A stretch of 64,000 nucleotides of DNA from Gigantopelta aegis (lineage: Eukaryota): assembly GCF_016097555.1 (NCBI RefSeq), contig NW_024532772.1:3754-67753 (forward strand), written 5' to 3'. Positions within the stretch are counted from its first letter, which is position 1, and each line of letters opens with the position of its first letter. Under the pieces are notes generated by a model that was not told the DNA's origin, ran no database searches, and saw nothing but the letters and a program-made list of their open reading frames with translations. Below, one piece after another: positions 41,301 through 52,350 of the stretch. The position numbers and the translations under genes are program-made.

Positions 41301-44300
41301 TCACTCTTCTGTTGTTTCTACCTTGCTTAGCAATGGGGTAGATCCCAGCCTAGCTACGAGTGATGGCTGGACACCTCTTATGGCAGCCAGTCAAAATGGT
41401 CATACTGATGTTATTGAGATATTACTTAATAAGAATGTTCTAGTAAACACTCAAAACAATTACGGAAGAACAGCCATTTATATTGCTAGCCAGAATGGTC
41501 ACTCTTCTGTTGTTTCTTCCTTACTCAAGAATGGGGCAGATCCTAATTTATCTGACAATGATGGCTGTACACCTCTTATGGTAGCCAGTCAAAATGCTGA
41601 TTATGATGTCATTAAGATACTACTAGAGAAGTATGTTTCACGTAAATATCCAGAACAAGGAAGGAGAAACAGCTATTTGTATTGCTAGCCACCATGGTCA
41701 CTCTTCTGTTGTTTCTACCTTACTTAGCAATGGGGCAGACCCCAACATAGCTGACAATGATGGCTGGACACCTCTTATGGTAACCAGTCTAAACAGTCAT
41801 GGTGATGTCATTAAAAAACTATTAATGAAAAATGCTACAGTAAATGCCCAAACTAAAAAGGGAATAACAGCCATTTATATTGCTAGCCAGAATGGTCACT
41901 TTTCTGTTGTTACTACCTTACTTAGAAATGGGCAGATCCCAGCCTAGCTACAAGTGATGGCTGGACACCACTTATGGCAGCCAGTCAAAATGGTCATGCT
42001 GATGTCGTTGAGAAATTACTTAAAAACAACGTTTTAGCAAATACTAAAAACAATTTTGGGAAAACAGCTATTTATATTTCTAGCCAGAGTGGTCACTCTT
42101 CTGTTGTCTTTTCCTTACTCAACAATAGTGCAGACCCTACTCTACCTGACAATGATGGCTATACACCGCTAATGGTAGCCAGTCAAATGCTCATGATGAA
42201 GTCATTAAGATACTACTAGAGAAGTATGTCCAGTAAATACCCAAAATAAGAAGGACAAACAGCCATTTATATTGCTAGCCACCATGGTCTCTCTTTTGTT
42301 GTCTCTATCTTACTTGGCTTTGGAGCAGATCCCAACATAGCTGACAATAATGGATGGACACCTCTTATGATAGCCAGTGTAAACTCTTATGGTGATGTCA
42401 TTGAGATACTTCTAGAGAATAATGTTCCAGTAAATACCCAAAACAAAAAGGGAGTAAACACCTATTGTATTGCTAGCCAGAACGGTCACTCTTCTGTTGT
42501 TTCTACCTTACTAAGAAATGGGGCAGATCCCAACTAGCTGCAAATGATGGCTGGACACCTCTTATGGCAGCCAGTCAAAATAGTCATGCTGATGTTATTG
42601 AGATATTACTTAATAAGAATGTTCTAGTAAACACCAAAAACAATTATGGAACAACAGCCATTTATATTGCTAGCCAGAATGGTTGCTCTTCTGTCGTATC
42701 CTCCTTACTTAACAATGGGGCAGACCCTAATTTACTGACAATGATGGCTGTACACCTCTTATGATAGCTATTGAAAAAGGTCATAGTGATATCATTAAAT
42801 TATTATTAAAGCACAGGGCACCGATAAATACCCAATCCAAAGATGGAGAAACTGCAATTTATTTTTTTAGCAAGACTGGTCATTCTTCTGTTGTTTCTAC
42901 CTTACTTAGCAATGGTGCAGATCCTAACTTAGCTAACAATAATGGCTGGACACCTCTTATGGCAGCCAGTAGAAATGGTCATAGTGATGTCGTTTTAAGA
43001 TACTATTAGAGAATAATGTTCTAGTAAATGCACAAACCGAAAAGGAGTAACGGCCATTTGTATTGCTAGTCACCATGGTCACTCTTCTATCATTTCTATC
43101 TTACTTAACAATGGGGCAGATCCCAGCTTAGCTGACAATGATGGATTGACATCTCTTATGGCAGCCAGTGGAAATAGTCATAGTGATGTTGTTAAGATAC
43201 TATTAGAGAATAATGTTCTAGTAAATGCACAAACCGAAAAGGAGTAACGGCCATTTGTATTGGTAGTCACCATGGTCACTCTTCTATCATTTCTATCTTA
43301 CTTAACAATGGGGCAGATCCCAGCTTAGCTGACAACGATGGCTTGACATCTCTTATGGCAGCCAGTGGAATGGTCATAGTGATGTTGTTGAGTTATTATA
43401 GAGCAGAATATTTCAGTAAATACTCAAACAAATAATGGAAGAACAGCCATTTATATTGCTAGCCAAAATGGTTACTCTTCTGTCATCTCGTTCTTACTTA
43501 GCAATGGTGCAAACCCTAATATACCTGACAATGATGGTTGTACACCCTTATGGTAGCCAGTAAAAATGGTTACATTGATGTCATTAAGATACTACTACAG
43601 AATAATGTTCTAATAAATACCCAAAATGAAGAAGGAGTAACAGCTATTTGTATTGCTCGCCATCGTGGTCACTCTTCAGTTGTTTCTATCTTACTTAACA
43701 ATGGGGCAGATCCCAACACAGCTACAAATGATGGCTGGACACCTCTTATGGCAGCCGTGTAAATGGTCATACAGATGTCATTGAAATACTACTTAATAGA
43801 AATGCTCCTAGTAAACATCCAAAACAATTATGGAAGAACAGCCATTTATGTTGCTAGCCAGAGTGGTCACTCTTCTGTTGTCTCTTCCTTACTTAACAAT
43901 GGGGCTGACCCTAATTTACCTGACAACGAAGGTTGGATACCTCTTATGATAGCCAGTCACAATGGTCATGGTGATGTCATTGACATACTACTTAATAAAA
44001 ATGTTCTAATAAATACCAAAAACAAATATGGAAGAACAGCCAATTTATATCGCTACCCAGAGTGGTCACTCTTTTGTTGTCTCTACCTTACTTAGCAATG
44101 GCGCAGATCCCAACATAGCTGACATTGAGGTTGGACACCTCTTATGGCAGCCATTGTAAATGGTCATGTGATGTGATGGAGATACTATTAAAGAGAAATG
44201 TTCCAGTAAATACCCAAACCAAAAGGGGAATACAGCCATACGTATTGCTAGTCACCATGGTCATTCTTCTGTTGTTTTCTATCTTACTTAACAATGGAGC

Positions 44301-47300
44301 AGATCCCAACCAAGCTGACAATGATGGCTGGACACCTCTTATGACAGCCAGTATAAATGGTCATGCTGATGTCATTGAGATACTACTTAATAATAATGTT
44401 TTGTAAATACCCAAAAACTATTATGGAAGAACAGCGATTTTTATTGCTAGCCAGAGTGGTCACTCTTCTGTTGTCTTTTCCTTACTCAACAATGGGGCAG
44501 ACCCTAATTTACCTGATAATGAAGGTTGGACACCTCTTATGATAGCCAGTCAAAATGGTCATGGTGATGTCATGGAGATACTGTTAGAGAGAAAATGTTC
44601 CAGTAAATACCCAAACCAAAAGAGGAATAACAGCCATATGTATTGCTAGTCACCATGGTCATTCTTCTGTTGTTCTATCTTACTTAACAATGGGGCAGAT
44701 CCCAATCTAGCTGACTATGATGGCTGGACACCTCTTATGATAGCCAGTGTAAATGGTCATGCTGATGTCGTTGAGATACTACTTAATAAGAATGTTCCAG
44801 TAAATATCCAAAACAATTATGGAAGAACAGCTATTTATATTGCTAGCCAGAATGGTTGCTTGTCTGTTGTCTCTGCTTACTCAACAATGAGGCAGACCCT
44901 AATTTACCTGACAATGAAGGATGGACACCTCTTATGAGAGCCAGTCAAAATGGTCATGATGATGTCATTGAGCTACTACTAGAGAAGACTGTTCCATTAA
45001 ATACCCAAAACAAAGAAGGAATAACAGCTGTTTGTATTGCTAGCTATCGTGGTCGCTTTTCTGTTGTCTCTAAATTACTTAGCAATGGAGCAGATCCCAA
45101 CATGGCCGACAATGATGGCTGGACAACTCTTCTGGTAGTTAGTCTAAATGGTCACGGTGATGTCATCAGGATACTACTAGAGAATAATGTTACAGTAAAT
45201 ACCCAAACCAATAAGGGAATAACGGCCATTTATATTGCCTGTCAGAGTGGTAATTCTTCTGCCATTTCTACCTTACTTCACAATGAAGCAGATCCCAACC
45301 TAGTTGACAATGATGGCTGGACACCACTTATGATAGCTAGTGTGAATGGTCATACTGATGTTGTTGATTTACTACTTAATAAGAATGTTCCAGTAAATAC
45401 CCCCAAAACAATTATGGAACAACAGCCATTTATTTGCTAGCCAGAATGGTTGTTCTTCTGTTGTATCCTCCTACTCAAAAATGGGGGCAGATCCTAATTT
45501 ACCTGACAATGATGGCAATACACCTCTTATGATAGCTATTGAAAAAGGTCATAGTGATGTCATTCAGTTGTTATTGAAGCAGAAAGTACCAATAAATACC
45601 CAATCTAAAGATGGAGAAACTGCAATTTATTTTTTTAGCAACTGGACTGGTCATTCTTCTGTTTCTGTTGTTTCTACCTTATTACTATTAGCAATGGTGA
45701 AAGATCCTAACATAGCTATGAACAATGGCTGTACACCTCTTATGATAGCTACCTCTTATGAAAAAGGTCATAGTGATGTCATTCAATTTTATTAAAGCAG
45801 AAAGTACCAATAAATACCCAATCTAAAGATGGAGAAACTGCAATTTATTTTTTTAGCAAGACTGGTCACTCTTCTGTTGTTTCTACCTTACTTAGCAATG
45901 GTGCAGATCCTAACATAGCTATGAACAATGGCTGTACACCTCTTATGATAGCTATTGAAAAAGGTCATAGTGATATCATTCAATTATTATTAAAGCATAA
46001 GGTACCAATAAATACCCAATCTAAAGATGGGAGAAACTGCAATTTATTTTTTAGCAAGACTGGGTCACTCTTCTGTTGTTTCTACCTTACTTTAACAATG
46101 GTGCAGATCCTAACATAGCTATGAACAATGGCTGTACACCTCTTATGATAGCTATTGAAAAAGGTCATAGTGATGTCATTCAATTATTATTAAAAGCATA
46201 AGGTACCAATAAATACCCAATCCAAAGATGGAGAAACTGCAATTTATTTTTTTAGCAAGACTGGTCATTCTTCTGTTGTTTCTACCTTACTTAACAATGG
46301 TGCAGATCCTAACATAGCTATGAATGATGGCTGGACACCTCTTATGGCAGCCAGTCAAAGTGGTCATAATGATGTCATTAAGTTACTACTAGAGAAGAAT
46401 GTTCTATTAAATACCCAAAACAAAGAAGGAGTAACAGCTATTTGTATCGCTAGTCACCATGGTCACTTTTTCTGTTTGTTTCTACCTTACTTAGCAATGG
46501 GGCAGATCCCAACATAGCTGACAATGATGGTTGGACACCTCTTATAGTAGCCAGTCTAAATGGTCATACTGATGTCATTGAGATACTACTAGAGAAGAAT
46601 ATTCAAGTAAATACCCAAACCAATAAGGGAATAACGGCCATTTGTATTGGTAGTCACCATGGTCACTCTTCTATCATTTCTATCTTACTTGACAATGGTG
46701 CAGATCCCAACCTAGCTGACAATGATGGTTGGACACCTCTTATGACAGCCAGTATAAATGGTCACGCTGATGTCGTTGAGATACTACTTAATAAAAATGT
46801 TGTAGTAAACATCCAAAACAATTATGGAAGAACAGCCATTTATGTTGCTAGCCAGAGTGGTCACTCTTCTGTTGTTTCTTCCTTACTTAATAATGGGGGT
46901 GACCCTAATTTACCTGACAATGATGACTGGACACCTCTTATGGCAGCCAGTGGAGGTGGTCATGGTGATGTTGTTAAATTATTACTAGAGAACAATGTTC
47001 CAATAAATACACAAAACAAAAATGGAGCTACAGCAATTTTATATTGCTTGCTTGACTGGCCACTCTTCTGTCATTACTATTTTAATAACAATGGAGCAGA
47101 TCCTAACTTAGCCAGGACTAATGGCTGGACACCTCTCATGATAGCCTGTGCCAAAGGACATGACAATGTTATAAGAGAGTTATTAATGACCCCAAATTAA
47201 TATCAATCATCAAACTCCTACTGGTACTACAGCATATATCTTTCTAGTCAATATGGATATGAGATATTGTTAGACAGCTACTGAATGGTGGTGCTAATCC

Positions 47301-47587
47301 ACTTATAAGAAACATGTCAGGCATGACACCACTAGATAGAGCTTATCAAAAAGGTCATCATAACATTGTATCACTACTTCAAGAAAACTATACGTGGTTT
47401 CCACGACGACAGTGATCAAGCATCATTAGCAGGTTCTATTGAGTCAGGCTACACAACTGGTGTACTATCAACTGATCACTCATCAGTAGTAGACTCTGAT
47501 GTTGGACAGATATCTGATCTAGAAGAAGACAATCCTCAACTCCCAATTAAACTAGCTGGTAAGGTTTATGTAATCAAGAACTTGTGA
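38317..47587 (+). CDS. Unit 7: best-preserved DD-ANK family gene. DD-like N-terminus, linker, middle region, ~75 ankyrin repeats, C-terminal tail ending ...ISDLEEDNPQLPIKLAGKVYVIKNL*. Open frames are interrupted every 200-700 bp, so it is either a young pseudogene or an intact gene broken by sequence errors
   Basis: MSDNLRPPTLDLLCDELRQVVEWDQVAVSLKVSYVDIK at 38317. 39159 ORF (152 aa; EVWLEVTLEHFEFLVKLLFQEYDKSLQIVVVQGG...LRAIGVISLIVGTIVVFNNEDSQDD). ANK ORFs of 132-228 aa at 39655, 40387, 41002 and 44856. Terminal ORF 47366-47587. Repeat consensus DGWTPLMAASQNGHxDVVEILLNKNVPVNTQNNYGRTAIYIASQNGHSSVVSTLLNNGADPNLADN. Confidence 0.5.
39650..47200 (+). other. Ankyrin-repeat array of unit 7 (~76 x 33-aa repeats)
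   Basis: 99-bp periodicity of the GHSSVVS...ADPN...DGWTPLM motifs across 7.5 kb. Confidence 0.75.
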
Positions 47588-48349
47588 GAGCCAATATCTA
47601 ATAATGTTACACTAAACTAATTTGATTTAAAATAATACATTAATAACATCTGATCACTTCACAGAGCAGACTCTGATGTTGGTCAATTGTCAAATATAAA
47701 GGAATACCATGATGATACTCTCTTCTTACACTGAACCAAGCACACTAAGACAAGAGATATAATGTAAGAAAAACAATAAAGTACTTATTTCCAGTTAATG
47801 CAATGTTAATAATGATAAGATAGAATTTCAATTGAACTTCAATAACTGATGTCTCTAATTGAAAATTTCAAAAAGCATTCTGTAAACATAATGTGTATTA
47901 ATCAATTCATTAGTTATAAAGCACATTACATTGACTGTAATAGAAACAATGATCATTGTAATACAAAGAAGTATCTAGAAGGATCTTGTAATAATAGTTT
48001 AATAATTTAAATATTTAATTATATTTCATATATTTAGGGACAAACTCACCTGACACAGTTACTGAAATATATTTTCAAAATGAACATATTCATAAACATA
48101 CTGATACTTTAATTATTAATGTTTTGTTATGTTATTGTATCTTGTTAATTAATTATTTGTATTAATTAAAATCCATATTTATGAAACTACATTGCTTGAA
48201 ATCTGAATACTAAATAACATATTATAGCGGACTTGTTTACAAATAATTATTGTTTAATTATTATAATATGATATGGTGTGTTTTACATTTTTGTATAATT
48301 ATAATAACAAAAGTTTATAATACTTCAGATGTAATTAATTAATTAATTA

Positions 48350-51010
48350 ATTAACCCATTTAATACTGGGTTGATTCATAATTTGTTGTAGCATAGCGTA
48401 CATGGATAGCTACTATATCCAGCTGATGATGTACTTCATTCCAAATTTCTAATGTTGTAGCATTAAAGATACTATCTACTACTCCTGGAAAAGAAGCACC
48501 TTCATATGAATTGACTGAACTAGGAGCAAATATAACATGTCTGTATGGAGAAAGAAAGAGAGGAATGAGATATTAAGGTTTAAATGAATGGATGGATAGA
48601 GAAAAGAATGGACAGATAGAAGGATCAACCATTGTTCTTAAGTGAAGTACATGTATATCGGAGTATTTGTTACTTACTTATAAGATGGTCGTCCTGGTAA
48701 TCCTTCTCGGTTGAAAATAAATGATTCTCTCTATATTCATTAGTTTATTGTTAAGTATTCTGACTATATTCTCACTACATACAGAGGACAAAGATATAGT
48801 TAATAACTACTGGAATATTATACTAACTTGTCTGTGTCAGCATATTTTATGAGTGTATTATGAAGATGGTAGCAGCTGTGAAAAGTCAGTTAAACAAGAG
48901 TAAAGGAACTCTATAGAACAAATAACCATTATTAATACAATAATTTATATGATCTCTTATCATTAACTAATATACTAATATAATATATATAACATGTAAG
49001 AGTTAATATGACATATTATAATATATATGTATATATAGGAGGACATCTTACCAGTTGATATATTATGATGTTGGAATTGACTACCATATGTTGTCTGTAA
49101 TCATTATATAGTTCCATTAATCTCTCTGAATAATCAATTGGATTGTAAGGAAGAATGGGGTGTGTTGATAGTGCCATGGCAACAGTTAACACACCTCTCC
49201 TAATGCTGTATATGATGTGTGAAGTCAGGATCACCAAAATGACTCATCCATAAAAATTATCATGAACAGAATGATAGACAAAATAATGGTAGCTATTCTA
49301 AATGGATTGATAAATTCAATTAAATGAATAAATACATTATTAGAATGGATGGGCATGATACCTGGTAATCTATGTCACAGCTAGTCACTCCAAGACTCTG
49401 AATAAAGAAAGTAAAGTCACTCGCAGAGCTCAAATTATTTATCCTATTAAATAAACAAATCACATGATAATCATGTGTCAATTACATATACCTTGGTTTT
49501 GAAGATTTGGAGTGGTTCTTCCACTGTTCATAGACTGTCTGGAAATCATTACAAGGACAAGCTACCTAGAGGACAAATGTCATCTTGGATAAGATTAATG
49601 TACACTAACTTGTTTTGTAGCATTGTAAATAGATTCATATAACAGTGGACTACTAGAAGCTGAAAAAGATTCCATTCCTATATTAAAAAATAAAACTATA
49701 TATCATTAAATCTCTTGAATAGTTATATAATTATAATATTATTATTATTATTATAAATGTAATCAAGTCTTTACCTTCTACAGCTACATCTACATTAAGA
49801 TAAGCCATAGCATTTGCTCCTAATAACTTCTCTACATCCTATATATAATATAAATAATATATTATATAACTATTTGTATATAATATACCTCACACTACTC
49901 TGTAGAACCAATCAAACCATATTTCTCAGCATCCCAACTACATAATACTACTGTTCTACCTGGTCTCCAACCTTTAAAATATAGAATTCTTCTTCTCTCT
50001 CTCAGTCATTCTTACCTGTGTTCCTCAGGTCACCTAACACTCGAGCTATGTCCATTATGCAGCTGTACCACTATTAGGATCAACTGCTCCAAATGTCCAT
50101 GCATCATGATGATTACCTACATAACAAGATGATCTGAGAAGAGAGAGAGAGAGAAATATAGTAAGTAGTACAACAGTCCCTATTGATCTACCTGGTTCTA
50201 CTTTTCCATAAATAACAGCAAATACATTACTAATAGTTCTTCTCTCTAATATATTATTTACTGAAGGAAAGTAAACTATTAACAAACAAAGATAAACACA
50301 CATTAGATCAGACATACTTTGTGTTACTAGTAGACTGATAGATATAGTAATTGGTAATATTTAGTTCTCCCTTCCATGACAATGGAACTTCATATGTATC
50401 TAATTGACTAAAGAGAGAAACATACAGACATTTATTATTATTATATATAGTTACTTCATAAAATGGACAGCATCTCCATAAGATATTGGTTGAACAGGTA
50501 TAGCAGGAACATCACCAGATCTGATAAAACATCTTCATAAGACCGACGATATACTTCATCTGAAAGAGAACAGAGATTATAAGGACAATGACAAACAAGG
50601 TAGTTAGCACCAACTGCTGGTATTCCAGGAGTAAGAGGATCTCCACTTGATATCATAACTGACCCTCGTTGTAACCCTCAGGAGGAAGACTAGGACCATT
50701 AGGGTAGACAGGGGGACCTCCTTTGGGAGCAACATCTGCTGGATCAGAGTATATGATTAATCCAGTACATCGAATCTTTGAGCTAAATGAGCCTGTTAAA
50801 GATATAAAGTGCTATCCTACAGACACAGACTCATTCCAAAAAGTAAAAGTATTAAATTATGAAACTTATGATACCTTATCTCCCCTGTATATCCTACCAT
50901 ATCTTGCTATACAAATATGACCAGTAATGTTTAGACTTAAATTTTTAGTAATATAATCAAAGTCTTTAAATTGTGCATAATTTACATAAACCAGAGGTCC
51001 CTAAATTAAA

Positions 51011-51063
<53 letters not shown>

Positions 51064-51630
51064 TTTAGCGCAAGATAAATAATTGCTTACTTCAGCTGAT
51101 CCAATCCTGAATAACTATTAAAAGGAGGAGGGGACATCAGTGTCATTTTCTCCTGGTGTCAGGGGAGGGTTCCTGCCTGTTTCTGCAGTGTAGAGGACAT
51201 CTTTGTCATCATTAAGAACCTTTAGTACATTGTAGTTGCTGCGATTTACATAACTCAATAATACACTATAATTTGTCATCTCTACAAGATCAAAATTATT
51301 TTGTGAGAAAGACTGATAAATGAGGTTAGCAATATCTTTATTTTGTTCCTTGCCAGCAATATGAGGTCTGGCAGTAAGTTGTCTATCAGAGAAGTATTAA
51401 TAATTATGATCAGTTTAATCTTGTAACACTTTACCTTAAAATTCTTTTTATTTATTTGAATCCAAACTTTCAGACACATAGTCTCCTATTGCTGAGACTG
51501 ACCATTAACAGTACAATAGCACCCCATGAGTTAACTGCAGGTCAGTAGACTCATTAATACTCCATCCTAGTAGGAAACCAGCCCCAAAACTGGTACAAAG
51601 TAACAATACTACACTGATAATGGCACAAAT
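48350..51630 (-). pseudogene. GCPII/NAALADase-like copy B: inverted 5'-truncated duplicate of copy C. Lacks the start codon and cytoplasmic tail, and carries frameshifts
   Basis: - strand ORFs: 49016 ([19 protein letters not shown]), 50055 ([26 protein letters not shown], then a stop caused by a missing T), 50456 ([12 protein letters not shown]...[11 protein letters not shown]). Exon GPLVYVNYAQFKDF...[18 protein letters not shown] at 50940-51010 is intact. Homology to copy C stops at 51630 after the TM-coding segment. A 1-bp deletion lies inside the TM exon. Confidence 0.75.
51013..51060. repeat. (GA)n microsatellite in a GCPII-B intron
   Basis: Read directly. Confidence 0.9.
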
Positions 51631-52350
51631 TTTACAGAGGATATACTTGGACTTTTTAGATGATTTTTTAGATGGCAATATGTGAATTCTTTTTGGATAG
51701 GGAGCAGCTCATCCGAACTATGATCATCGGCCATTATAGTATACGGACAAAAGTACTATTTATATTGCATTACATTTCAGTATAAATTTCAGAATGTTTC
51801 CGTATTCTTCCGCATACTAATCGCAGCTGATTTTATATAATAATTATATCGATTATTAGTTTGTAGTGCAATGGCCGATAAAGGTGGACTATTAGATGAT
51901 GACAGAACGAACGAGTTGGGCTCTATCAAAAAAGAGGACCATCCATTACAATCTAAAAGATCGCTTAAAAAGTCCAGACATATCTTCAGTCTAGTTTGTG
52001 CCATTATCTGTGTAGCATTGTTGCTTTGTACCAGTTTTGGGGCTGGTTTCCTACTAGGATGGAGTATTAATGAGTCTACTGAACCTGCAGTTAACTCATG
52101 GGGTGCTATTGTAACTGTTAATGGTCAGTCTCAGCCAATAGGAGACTATGTGTCTGAAAGTTTGGATTCAAATAAATAAAAGAGAATTTAAGGTAAAGTG
52201 TTACAAGATTAAACTGATCATAACTATTATTATTACTTCTCTGATAGACAACTTACTGCCAGACCTCATATTGCTGGCAAGGAACAAAATGAAGATGTTG
52301 CTAACCTCATCTATCAGTCTTTCTCACAACATTATTTTGATCTTGTAGAG
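51280..52350. repeat. Centre of the B/C palindrome. Inverted-repeat arms 51280-51630 and 52010-52350 flank a ~380 bp unique spacer that holds the copy C start codon
   Basis: Frame-shifted six-frame ORFs 51282-51479(-) and 52148-52348(+) translate to near-identical peptides ([26 protein letters not shown]...), which is the signature of an inverted duplication. Direct comparison shows about 95% identity. Confidence 0.85.

Noticed and set aside
51282-52348. ORFs 51282-51479(-), 51789-52004(-) and 52148-52348(+) as separate genes
   Set aside because: They are out-of-frame or antisense readings of GCPII exon 1/2 sequence in the two palindrome arms. Their mirror-image peptides simply reveal the inverted duplication.
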